A stretch of 32,000 nt of DNA from Wolbachia endosymbiont of Cimex lectularius (GTDB taxonomy: Bacteria; Pseudomonadota; Alphaproteobacteria; Rickettsiales; Anaplasmataceae), in the NCBI RefSeq assembly GCF_000829315.1, contig NZ_AP013028.1:30001-62000 (forward strand), given 5' to 3'. The notes under the pieces were generated by a model that saw only the letters and a program-made list of their open reading frames with translations, had not been told where the DNA came from and ran no database searches. A program made the translations under genes and the position numbers. This document shows positions 17,710 through 26,724 of the stretch, one piece after another (the first letter of the stretch is position 1; each line of letters opens with the position of its first letter).

Positions 17710-18687
17710 GTGACAATATCAATTTTAGGCGCTGGTGCATGGGGTACAGCAATTGCAATTTCACTAAGTGATAAACAAGATGTGATTTTGTGGACCCGTA
17801 ATAAAACTACTTTCGAATCAATCAATAGAACAAGAGAAAGTGACAAATTACTTGGTTGTAGAATTTCTGATAGCGTGTCAGTAAAATTAGCTATTGGGGA
17901 AGTAGTTAATGCTTCAACAATAATCATCGCTGTTCCTACCCAATCTCTAAGACAGGTATGTCAGCAATTACATGATTGTGGCTTAAAAAAAGATATAGCA
18001 ATAATCTTAGCCTGTAAGGGAATAGAAAGATCTACATTAAAACTACCTAGTGAAATAGTAAATGAAGTTTTACCTAACAATCAAGTCGCCATTTTTTCAG
18101 GTCCCAGTTTCGCTATAGAAGTTGCAAAAAAGCTACCCTATTCAATGGTTCTTGCATGTCAAAACAGTGCATTGGGTTCAAAGCTAATATCAGAACTACA
18201 GCAGGAAAATATTAAACTATACTTTAGCAGGGATATCATAGGAGTACAGATTTGTGCAGCACTAAAGAACGTTTTTGCTATAGCATGTGGAATTATTTTA
18301 AGTAAAAAACTCGGATGCAATGCTCACGCAGCACTGACAACAAATAGTATAAATGAAGTAAAGGCTTTATATCTAGCAAAAACAGGTAACGCTAATATAG
18401 ACACGCTACTTGGACCAGCATGTTTGGGTGATCTGGTTATGACATGCACGTCCTTGAATTCAAGAAATCTGTCCTTTGGGTTTAAAATAGGTAGTAGTAA
18501 CGATAGCTTTGACGTTCAGCAGATTCTGTCAGAAGGTAAGTCAGTGACTGAAGGTTTTAGTACTGCTCAATCTGCATTTAATTTAGCAGAGAAGCTAAAG
18601 ATAAAAATGCCTATATGTGAAGCGGTCTATAGATTGTTGTATGAAAGCGTATCTATAGAGGATACTATTTCTGCTCTTGTAAATTAA
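17710..18687 (+). CDS. gpsA: NAD(P)H-dependent glycerol-3-phosphate dehydrogenase
   Basis: 325 aa. Rossmann motif ISILGAGAWGTAIA, and GPSFAIEV. Confidence 0.9.
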   Translation: MTISILGAGAWGTAIAISLSDKQDVILWTRNKTTFESINRTRESDKLLGCRISDSVSVKLAIGEVVNASTIIIAVPTQSLRQVCQQLHDCGLKKDIAIILACKGIERSTLKLPSEIVNEVLPNNQVAIFSGPSFAIEVAKKLPYSMVLACQNSALGSKLISELQQENIKLYFSRDIIGVQICAALKNVFAIACGIILSKKLGCNAHAALTTNSINEVKALYLAKTGNANIDTLLGPACLGDLVMTCTSLNSRNLSFGFKIGSSNDSFDVQQILSEGKSVTEGFSTAQSAFNLAEKLKIKMPICEAVYRLLYESVSIEDTISALVN

Positions 18688-18706
18688 TTTTGTAGTTTGG
18701 TGTACT

Positions 18707-19189
18707 GTGGAATTTTTATATAAATTGATATCAACATGGTGGCTATCTGGCACAGTAAAGAAAATGCCAGGTACTGTAGGCAGTTTAGCTGCTTATCCAG
18801 TTGTTCCTCTAATACTAGGTAACAAAGTTTTAGGTGCAGCAATTATCCTTTTCTTATTCTTAATCGGATTGTGGTCCACAAGTAATTACATAAAACATTA
18901 TCAGACTTCACATGATCCAAAAGAGGTAGTGATTGACGAAGTAGTTGGTCAATTGCTGACAATATTTCTAATTTCAACATTGCTAAACCAAGAAGTGAAT
19001 TATCCTTTATTACTGTTGTGCTTTTTTTCCTTTAGGTTTTTTGATATAATAAAAACGTGGCCTATAAATTTGATTGATAAAAATATCAAAGGTCCTCTAG
19101 GCGTTATGCTAGATGATATTATAGCTGCAATTTTAGCCTGTGTTCTTATAGGGGCCTTTTATTGTTCATTGTCTGTGTATGCAGGATAA
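18707..19189 (+). CDS. pgpA: phosphatidylglycerophosphatase A
   Basis: 160 aa membrane protein with the PGTVGSLAA motif. Confidence 0.85.
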   Translation: MEFLYKLISTWWLSGTVKKMPGTVGSLAAYPVVPLILGNKVLGAAIILFLFLIGLWSTSNYIKHYQTSHDPKEVVIDEVVGQLLTIFLISTLLNQEVNYPLLLLCFFSFRFFDIIKTWPINLIDKNIKGPLGVMLDDIIAAILACVLIGAFYCSLSVYAG

Positions 19190-19958
19190 GAAAATTTATT
19201 ATTCAAGCTTGGTTACTAAAAATCTGAAGGATTATATACTGTACACAGCAAACTTATCTCAGTGGGAAGTGCATGATGAATTTGATAACATCACATTCAC
19301 AATAAATGGCACTAGAGAATCATTATTCAATTTTGTGTTTTGTGGAGAACAATGCAACGAGCTTTCTGTACAAAGAACTCTAGATTATCTTAGAACAAGG
19401 AATATAGAAGCAACATGGGTAATGGATTCGCATACAAAGACAAAGGGCATTTTAGAAAAGTGTAGGATAAAACACGTTAGCACACCAAAAAAAGCTTTAC
19501 TTCACATGAAAAACTATCTCTTACCTGCTGATATTGTTCCAGATTTGAGGTTGAACGCTGTAAATAGTAACAACCTATTGGAACAGTTAGATTTATGTAC
19601 TTCTAAGATTTTTTATCACAACGTTGGAATTGTCAGCACGTTTTTTCGCGGATTATCGAGTTATAATGATAAAGACTCGGGATTAAGATTTTTTCTTGCC
19701 ACACTAAACAACGAAGTTGTTGGAACATGCGGCTTTTGCATTCAGGACAACGTAGCTGGTTTCTATAGCGATGGAGTTTTACCGACTCATAGAAACCGTG
19801 GAATAGGTACTCAAATGGTTTTAGAAAGAGTCAAGATAATTCAGCAGCTTAAGTGCAAATATATAGTAGCGCATTGTATGAAACCTTCCGTCAACCTCTA
19901 CAAAAGATTGGGCTTTCAGATATTAGGCAATCTTTACTTGTACACTTCTTCAGCGTAA
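19179..19958 (+). CDS. GNAT family N-acetyltransferase
   Basis: 259 aa. C-terminal acetyl-CoA binding motif RNRGIGTQMV. Overlaps pgpA by 11 nt. Confidence 0.75.
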   Translation: MQDKKIYYSSLVTKNLKDYILYTANLSQWEVHDEFDNITFTINGTRESLFNFVFCGEQCNELSVQRTLDYLRTRNIEATWVMDSHTKTKGILEKCRIKHVSTPKKALLHMKNYLLPADIVPDLRLNAVNSNNLLEQLDLCTSKIFYHNVGIVSTFFRGLSSYNDKDSGLRFFLATLNNEVVGTCGFCIQDNVAGFYSDGVLPTHRNRGIGTQMVLERVKIIQQLKCKYIVAHCMKPSVNLYKRLGFQILGNLYLYTSSA

Positions 19959-20753
19959 CTTATACATACCCTTGTTGAGCGGTTATAAATTTTTACGTCT
20001 GTTTTAAAAGTACTATGTTTTTTTTGTATGAAGTAGTTTTATGATTAATTTTAATATTATTCTTTCTTTCTTATTCCAAATTGAAAGTGGATAATAAAAT
20101 TAAGGCCTACAACATCAAAATATTATAATAAGTAACTTAATTGATACTGTGGATGATGGGTTTTATATTTGGGATGCAAAAAAACGTATAGAAAAGTTTT
20201 CTCCTAACTTACTAGTTTTACTTAATACTGTTTTTTACTCATTTAATGAGTTTGTCAACTTTTTTGAGCAATCGGAAAGCTTAATTAAAAATTTTACTGA
20301 GGCAAAAAAAGTGAATAAATCTTTTACTCTGGACTTGAAGTCAAAAGACGGTGAAGTTTACTGTATATGTTATGGCAGAAGCATAATAGACAACTCTAAT
20401 AGCGTAATTGGTGTGCTGTTGTGGATAAGAAACGTCTCAGACTGCAAGATAAAAGCTAACGAATTGGAGTCAGAAAATAGTAAGCTTAAACAAAAAGTAG
20501 AGAACTACAGGAGCATTCTTAACTCTCTGCCGTTTCCAATACTAAAATATAATGAAAATAAAAAAGTAAAGTTTTGCAACCTATTTTATGATAAATATAT
20601 CAATAGCTCCCAGAGATTGGCTGTTACTGATAGTGCCCACAGCACCAAACCAGGAAAACATGTGATAACTTGCAAAAACGAACGCAAGGTTTTTGATTTT
20701 ATTAGAACCTGTTTAAAATCTTCGTAACAGGAGAGAAATGAAGGAGAGGACTA

Positions 20754-21176
20754 TCATCTGTAAGCTAGTGTTGAGCTTCCGCTCGCAATTTTTCCCAATC
20801 GCCTGCACTTTTCTAACCAGGCAAAAGAGCGTTCAACAACCCATCTTTTTGGCAATACGACGAAAGTGTGTAACTCACTTCGCTTTATTACTTCAACAGT
20901 CGCACCAATGATAGCTTTTATTTGTGTTGCAAAATTTTCTCCTGTGTAGCCAGCATCAACCAGTATGTTTTTAACTTCAGAGAGGTTTGCTTTAGCATTT
21001 TCGACCATTTTCACAGCACTGCTACGGTCAGTTGCTTCTGCCGTTGTTACATAAATTGCATGTGGCAAACCTTGTGTATCAACTGCAATATGGCGCTTTA
21101 TCCCTGAAATCTTTTTACCTGCATCATAGCCTTTTTTTTTCAGCAGTATCTGCGTTTTTAACGCTTTGAGAATCAA
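20754..21176 (-). pseudogene. transposase DDE segment of the outer IS copy, C-terminus frameshifted
   Basis: Identical to the inner copy up to EKCRRL, then diverges because of the 1-nt deletion. Confidence 0.8.
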
Positions 21177-21300
21177 TTATACAAAAGCTAGTTTTCTCCT
21201 TCCGACCATTGCTGATACGGACCTCTCCAACTAATTTTTTTTAAGAACCTGTTTAAAATCTTGGAAATGTGAGGTAAAGTAAGCATAGATTAATAATGAG

Positions 21301-21621
21301 GTGTCTATGCAGAAAAGTTATCCAAGTAATATAAGTCAAGAGCAGTTTGAAAAAATCAGGCCAATTTTGGAGAGTAGCAAGCAGAAAACAAAACCAAGAA
21401 AACTTGATTTGTATGACGTATTTTGTGGGGTGTTGTACGTCTTAAAAAGTGGTTGTCAGTGGAGGATGTTACCAAAGGGTTTTCCAAGATGGGAAAGCGT
21501 ATATTACTATTTTCGAGTGTGGAGTAAAAAGAATGGAGAAGAGCCAGGCTTGTTGGAATTAGTCTTAAAAAAAATTAGTTGGAGAGGTCCGTATCAGCAA
21601 TGGTCGGAAAGAGAAAACTAG
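21301..21621 (+). CDS. IS5-family transposase, N-terminal segment (inner copy)
   Basis: 106 aa. The DLYDVFCGVLYVLKSGCQWRMLP region is typical of the IS4/IS5 transposase N-terminal domain. The last 21 residues are out of frame after the A8 run. Confidence 0.8.
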   Translation: MSMQKSYPSNISQEQFEKIRPILESSKQKTKPRKLDLYDVFCGVLYVLKSGCQWRMLPKGFPRWESVYYYFRVWSKKNGEEPGLLELVLKKISWRGPYQQWSEREN

Positions 21622-21632
21622 CTTTTGTATAA

Positions 21633-22097
21633 TTGATTCTCAAAGCGTTAAAAACGCAGATACTGCTGAAAAAAAAAGGCTATGATGCAGGTAAAAAGAT
21701 TTCAGGGATAAAGCGCCATATTGCAGTTGATACACAAGGTTTGCCACATGCAATTTATGTAACAACGGCAGAAGCAACTGACCGTAGCAGTGCTGTGAAA
21801 ATGGTCGAAAATGCTAAAGCAAACCTCTCTGAAGTTAAAAACATACTGGTTGATGCTGGCTACACAGGAGAAAATTTTGCAACACAAATAAAAGCTATCA
21901 TTGGTGCGACTGTTGAAGTAATAAAGCGAAGTGAGTTACACACTTTCGTCGTATTGCCAAAAAGATGGGTTGTTGAACGCTCTTTTGCCTGGTTAGAAAA
22001 GTGCAGGCGATTGTGGAAAAATTGCGAGCGGAAGCTCAACACTAGCTTACAGATGATAGTCCTCTCCTTCATTTCTCTCCTGTTACGAAGATTTTAA
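21633..22097 (+). CDS. IS5-family transposase, DDE C-terminal segment (inner copy)
   Basis: 154 aa containing GYDAGKKISGIKRHIAVDTQGLP, LVDAGYTG and RWVVERSFAWL. The first ~15 residues in the track are out-of-frame translation upstream of the A9 run. Confidence 0.8.
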   Translation: MILKALKTQILLKKKGYDAGKKISGIKRHIAVDTQGLPHAIYVTTAEATDRSSAVKMVENAKANLSEVKNILVDAGYTGENFATQIKAIIGATVEVIKRSELHTFVVLPKRWVVERSFAWLEKCRRLWKNCERKLNTSLQMIVLSFISLLLRRF

Positions 22098-22108
22098 ACA
22101 GGTTCTAA

Positions 22109-22372
22109 GACTAATTCCAACAAGCTTGGCTCTTCTCCATTCTTTTTACTCCACACTCGAAAATAGTAATATACGCTTTCCCATCTTGGAAAACCCTTTG
22201 GTAACATCCTCCACTGACAACCACTTTTTAAGACGTACAACACCCCACAAAATACGTCATACAAATCAAGTTTTCTTGGTTTTGTTTTCTGCTTGCTACT
22301 CTCCAAAATTGGCCTGATTTTTTCAAACTGCTCTTGACTTATATTACTTGGATAACTTTTCTGCATAGACAC
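22109..22372 (-). pseudogene. transposase N-terminal segment of the outer IS copy, cut by the inner insertion
   Basis: Same 5' sequence as 21301..21621 (one G/S difference). The track ORF 22094..22372 reads across the junction into the inner IS end. Confidence 0.8.
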
Positions 22373-22879
22373 CTCATTATTAATCTATGCTTACTTTACC
22401 TCACATTTCCAAGATTTTAAACAGGTTCTTAGAATTCCAATGCAAAATTTTGGTGGTGCGGTAATATATGGAAAAGATGTTAGCGATGCAGAGGAGTTAC
22501 GTGCTAGACTAGATAGTTATTTAGCTGCACAGAAAAGTTTACTTGAGGAGTTACCAATTGCTATTGCAATATACAGTAAGAATCAAAAACTGAAGTTTCA
22601 TAATAATGCTTTTGTAAAAACCTTTCAACTTGATACAAAGTTTTTGGCATCCCATCCAACTTATCATGAAGTCATGCTTTACCTATTCGAATCTCAGAAG
22701 CTTTTAGAACAAAAAGATTTTCAAACTATTAGCAACCAAAGGCATGAATTATTCAAAAGATTATTTGGACCGCATAATGATACAATCCATCTTACAAATG
22801 GAAAAATGTTCAGGATATTGATAATACCCTATGCTTCAGAAGGTTTACTCTTTTCCTATGAGGAATGCAAAAGGTAGCC

Positions 22880-23668
22880 TCAAACTCCTTCTCTTCCTAC
22901 CATAAGCTGCTTCATTTTCGCTATTGCTCTTGCTGGATTAAGTCCTTTAGGGCAAGTTTTTGTGCAATTCATTATTGTATGACAACGATACAACTTAAAC
23001 GGATCATTCAAGGCATCAAGTCTCTCATTTGTCTTATTATCACGGCTATCAGTGACCCATCTGTAAGCCTGTAGCAGTATTGCTGGTCCTAAAAATTTAT
23101 CACTGTTCCACCAATAGCTTGGGCAGCCAGTTGAACAACAAGCACACAATATGCAATCAGAAAGGCCATCCAGTTTCTTTTTATCTTCAGGAGATTGTAA
23201 ATACTCTTGATTTGGTAAGTCAGGTTTATCTGCTTGTAACCAAGGATTAATTGACTTGTACTGCTCATAAAATTGACTCAGGTCCGAAACTAGGTCTTTT
23301 ATTACATACATATGGGGTAGTGGATATATTTTTACGTCACCCTTTATATCGCCTATGGATTTAGTACATGCAAGAGTGTTGGTTCCATCAATATTAATAG
23401 CACAAGATCCACATATCCCTTCTCTACAAGAACGTCTGAAGGTTAAGGTTGAATCTATTTCATCCTTTATTTTTATTAATGCGTCAAGCACCATAGGGCC
23501 ACAATTATCCATATCAATGAAAAACGTGTCTACTCTAGAATTTTTCTCATCATCAGCAGACCAACGGTAAATTTGAAATCTTCTGACGTTTTTTACTCTA
23601 GCAGGAACAGGGTAGACCTTGCCCTTTTCATTAATTTTAGAATTCTTCGGCAGAGAAAACTGGACCAT
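22880..23668 (-). CDS. sdhB: succinate dehydrogenase iron-sulfur subunit
   Basis: 262 aa. Cluster motifs [22 protein letters not shown] and [12 protein letters not shown]. Confidence 0.95.
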   Translation of the reverse strand: MVQFSLPKNSKINEKGKVYPVPARVKNVRRFQIYRWSADDEKNSRVDTFFIDMDNCGPMVLDALIKIKDEIDSTLTFRRSCREGICGSCAINIDGTNTLACTKSIGDIKGDVKIYPLPHMYVIKDLVSDLSQFYEQYKSINPWLQADKPDLPNQEYLQSPEDKKKLDGLSDCILCACCSTGCPSYWWNSDKFLGPAILLQAYRWVTDSRDNKTNERLDALNDPFKLYRCHTIMNCTKTCPKGLNPARAIAKMKQLMVGREGV

Positions 23669-23762
23669 ATTGCTTACCTTTTATCGTCTATAGCTAAAAA
23701 CTCTCTTGCTTTGTAGATAACATATTTTAGCATTCTCTACTATATTTTTTATTAAATTCCTT

Positions 23763-24215
23763 TTAAATCGCGCTCATACTATAGCCAAGTGAAGTTAAAA
23801 TTTTTCTTTCTAGGTCTTTCATTATAATTTCCTCATCTTCTTTTTGGTGATCGTAATCAAGTAAATGTAGCAATCCATGCACTAACATATGTGCAGCGTG
23901 AGCTAAGATAGATATATGGTGTTCATTTGACTCTTTTTGTATTGTATCTATCGAAATTGCTATGTCTCCTAAATCGCATTTGTTAGATAATTGCTCACAC
24001 TGAAATGATAACACGTTAGTTGGCTTATCCATTTTTCTAAATCTTAAGTTAAGTCGATGTAGTAAATCATCATCAGCAAGAGCTATCGATATACTTGGTT
24101 TATAGTGGTCTATTTTTAATTCTTTCAGAGAAGCATTTATGATATCTAATACAAAGCTCTCCGGATCCCCTGTAATGCTGTGCCACCTCTCATCAAGAAT
24201 ATTTACTTCTAACAT
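23763..24215 (-). CDS. ybeY: rRNA maturation endoribonuclease YbeY
   Basis: 150 aa with the zinc motif [11 protein letters not shown]. Confidence 0.9.
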   Translation of the reverse strand: MLEVNILDERWHSITGDPESFVLDIINASLKELKIDHYKPSISIALADDDLLHRLNLRFRKMDKPTNVLSFQCEQLSNKCDLGDIAISIDTIQKESNEHHISILAHAAHMLVHGLLHLLDYDHQKEDEEIIMKDLERKILTSLGYSMSAI

Positions 24216-24607
24216 TCACTCATTCTTATTATTTCATTCCATTCGGCTTCTGAGACTGGAGAAACTGATAAGCGCGGTTGTTTTAATATGGCCATGTTTT
24301 TTAAAAGTGGGTTTCGTTTTATATCACTTAACGTTACTTGATTACTCAAAGGCTTGGAAAATTTCACGTCTACCAGTCCAAACTTGGAGTCGTTAACGAG
24401 GTAATATTCTTTAAAGATCTCAACTATCCCAAATACCGCTTTTTCTTTACCTGTATGATAAAAAAACGCAGAATCACCTAATTTCATAGCTCTCATATAG
24501 CTTTGAGCTTGATAGTTGCATACACCATCCCACTTAGCTACCTTCTCCTTTTCCATTTCTTGCCATGAATATTCACTTGGCTCTGACTTAAGCAGCCAAA
24601 ATTGCAT
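24209..24607 (-). CDS. EVE (PUA-like) domain protein
   Basis: 132 aa. N-terminus [13 protein letters not shown], plus DGVCNYQA and [10 protein letters not shown], typical of EVE/Thy-N-like domains. Confidence 0.8.
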   Translation of the reverse strand: MQFWLLKSEPSEYSWQEMEKEKVAKWDGVCNYQAQSYMRAMKLGDSAFFYHTGKEKAVFGIVEIFKEYYLVNDSKFGLVDVKFSKPLSNQVTLSDIKRNPLLKNMAILKQPRLSVSPVSEAEWNEIIRMSEC

Positions 24608-25797
24608 TATTTCTTTCTTCTTAAATAAGCTGGTATATCATAGATATTGTTGCTCCACTTAACTCCTTCATTTACTTGTTCAGCTGGTTTTGTTTCTGGT
24701 ACTGGAGTTTGGCTATAGGACCACTTGAACTTTTCTTTCTCTGAAGTCTCGCTTTGATTCACAGAAGGAGTTTCTGACTTATCATCACAAACAGCGCCAC
24801 CATCAATACCAGTTGCAAGAACAGAAACCCTAACTTTTCCTTCCATTGCTTGATCAAAGGTAGCACCGAATATTATATTTGCGTTTTCATCCACTTCTTC
24901 GCGTACTCTATTTGCTGCAGCATCAACTTCAAATAAAGTCATATCTCCGCCACCTGTAATGTTAATCAATATTCCTTGCGCACCTTTCATTGACACATTA
25001 TCAAGCAATGGATTAGATATTGCAGCTTCTGCAGCACTCATTGCTCTATCTTCTCCTTCTGCTTCTCCAGTACCAATCATTGCCTTGCCCATCTCGCTCA
25101 TCACTGTTTCTATATCAGCAAAATCAAGATTAATGAGCCCAGGCATAACCATTAAATCAGTCACTCCTCTGATACCAATATGCAGGACATTATCAGCAAG
25201 TTTAAATGCATCAGAGAATGTAGTTTTTTCATTGGCAATTCTAAATAAGTTTTGGTTTGGAATAACAATGAGAGTGTCCACGTATTTTTGTAATTCCTCA
25301 AGTCCAAGCTCTGCAATATGCATACGGCGTACACCTTCAAAGCCAAATGGCTTGGTTACAACTCCAACAGTCAATATCTTTTTTTCTTTTAATGCTTTAT
25401 CCTTAACTGCAGCTCTTGCTTCTCTTGCTGCTTTTGCAATTACTGGTGCTGCACCTGTTCCAGTACCACCACCCATTCCTGCCGTGATGAAAAGCATATG
25501 ACTATCTTTTATATGCTCCATAATCTCATCAATTGATTCTTCCGCTGCACCTTTGCCAACATCAGGCAAAGCACCAGCCCCAAGCCCCTTAGTTAAGTTA
25601 ATACCTAGCTGAATTTTTTTATCACACAATGACTTCTCTAGCGCTTGAGCATCAGTATTTGCTACAACAAAATTCACCCCTTGCAAATTGGATTGGATCA
25701 TGTTATTCACAGCGTTTCCGCCAGCACCACCCACCCCCACAACGGTAATCCTTGGGTGCAATATAGGTAATTCTGGCAAACTAAGGTCAATTGACAT
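24607..25797 (-). CDS. ftsZ: cell division protein FtsZ
   Basis: 396 aa. Tubulin signature [10 protein letters not shown] and C-terminal peptide [10 protein letters not shown]. Confidence 0.97.
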   Translation of the reverse strand: MSIDLSLPELPILHPRITVVGVGGAGGNAVNNMIQSNLQGVNFVVANTDAQALEKSLCDKKIQLGINLTKGLGAGALPDVGKGAAEESIDEIMEHIKDSHMLFITAGMGGGTGTGAAPVIAKAAREARAAVKDKALKEKKILTVGVVTKPFGFEGVRRMHIAELGLEELQKYVDTLIVIPNQNLFRIANEKTTFSDAFKLADNVLHIGIRGVTDLMVMPGLINLDFADIETVMSEMGKAMIGTGEAEGEDRAMSAAEAAISNPLLDNVSMKGAQGILINITGGGDMTLFEVDAAANRVREEVDENANIIFGATFDQAMEGKVRVSVLATGIDGGAVCDDKSETPSVNQSETSEKEKFKWSYSQTPVPETKPAEQVNEGVKWSNNIYDIPAYLRRKK

Positions 25798-25998
25798 TGA
25801 AATTTCCTAAATTTAGTGAATTCACTTGATAATAAGTTACTGCTTTTTTAACAATATGCAAACACTTTTCACTTCTGTAGACATAAACAGTAAATAAGAT
25901 TTACTTATTCTTAACTTTATAAGTACCGTAGATACAACGATTACTAGACTTTCAGATAGCGTTATTGGACCAGCTCAAGAAATAGAAAACGTTTATAA

Positions 25999-26022
25999 AA
26001 AGGGATAGAAATCTATCCCTTT
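25999..26022 (-). terminator. Rho-independent terminator downstream of the 26050..26634 gene
   Basis: AAAGGGATAG-aaat-CTATCCCTTT, a 10-bp perfect stem with T-rich sequence after it on both strands, 27 nt downstream of the minus-strand stop. Confidence 0.7.
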
Positions 26023-26049
26023 ATTTTGTTGAAACTATCTTATTTTTCT

Positions 26050-26634
26050 TTATGATTGTACCTGCTGTTCTGGTATTGGATTTAGAGCAAGCACTTCCAT
26101 AATTTTGTCCACACATGTTGAAAGCTTACTATCATTCAGTTTAAGTTTTCCATTTTGATCTTTCTCAAAATTACCTTCTGTGTCTTTTGTATAAACTTCT
26201 AACACAGCTTTCTTCACTCCATCAATTTGATTTGCTTGTTCCTTAATTTGGCTTGCTTTATTATGGTTCCTGTATATAAGAGCACCTATAGTAAACACTA
26301 TTGCAGCAGTTAGCAGAGCAGTAAATACCGGATTAGTCACTGCAAGTGCATATAATCCCCTACCTCCCGCTATCATACCAGCGTAAGTTGATGCTGCTGT
26401 TGTATTGACAAAATCTGAATAAGCTGGGTTTAAAAAATAAGCAGCTATAAGCGGAATTGCTACAACCATACTAACAGCTGCAGCTGTTTTCCATTTGTTA
26501 TTTTTAGCGTACTCACCAAAACCACCAGCAGCACCTGTAATTTTCCAGTGATTGTCAGCCGGATTTTTATACCCCTCTGAAATAGCATGAAAAACACCAT
26601 GCCCTTCTTGATATTTATAATTTATTAATGCCAT
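26050..26634 (-). CDS. hypothetical membrane protein (orphan-looking)
   Basis: I place the start at the second Met (MALINYKYQEG, ATG at 26634) because AGGAG lies 7 nt upstream; the track's start at 26655 lacks an RBS. It has a Gly-rich N-terminus, 3 hydrophobic segments and a charged C-terminal tail. I recognise no family. Confidence 0.6.
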   Translation of the reverse strand: MALINYKYQEGHGVFHAISEGYKNPADNHWKITGAAGGFGEYAKNNKWKTAAAVSMVVAIPLIAAYFLNPAYSDFVNTTAASTYAGMIAGGRGLYALAVTNPVFTALLTAAIVFTIGALIYRNHNKASQIKEQANQIDGVKKAVLEVYTKDTEGNFEKDQNGKLKLNDSKLSTCVDKIMEVLALNPIPEQQVQS

Positions 26635-26724
26635 AACTCTACTCCTAAAACACAATGTGTTAAACCTTTATTTATTAAGGATAATATATAATAAGAAAAA
26701 CCTTCTGTCAAGCAAATTAATTTA

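Larger units (their letters stand above)
21245..22105 (+). mobile_element. IS5-family insertion sequence, inner copy (861 bp, full length)
   Basis: Same terminal inverted repeats, flanked by the 3-bp direct repeat TAA (21242-21244 and 22106-22108). The uninterrupted target ttttTAAgact can be read in the inner copy's own sequence at 21563-21575. Confidence 0.9.
20705..22428 (-). mobile_element. IS5-family insertion sequence, outer copy (860 bp in two pieces, 20705-21244 and 22109-22428)
   Basis: Terminal inverted repeats GAACCTGTTTAAAATCTT at both ends, flanked by the 3-bp direct repeat TTA (20702-20704 and 22429-22431). It is about 99 percent identical to the inner copy, with a 1-nt deletion (gattgggaaaaa versus gattgtggaaaaa) and at least two SNPs. 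Confidence 0.9.
20149..22877 (+). pseudogene. PAS-domain sensory protein gene interrupted by a nested IS pair
   Basis: The halves 20149-20704 and 22432-22877 join in frame once the IS and one copy of the TTA duplication are removed (...KVFDFIR|IPMQNFGG...), giving about 334 aa. PAS-like segments include ILNSLPFPILKYNENKKVKFCN and LLEELPIAIAIYSKNQKLKFHNNAF. No HisKA or HATPase region follows. Confidence 0.75.

Noticed and set aside
24959-25501. 180-aa + strand ORF antisense to ftsZ
   Set aside because: Same reasoning: it is a low-complexity mirror of the Gly/Ala-rich FtsZ core.
25815-25826. Perfect 12-bp palindrome AGTGAATTCACT just upstream of the ftsZ RBS
   Set aside because: It would form only a 4-bp stem. 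Such short palindromes are frequent in AT-rich spacers, and nothing else supports a function.
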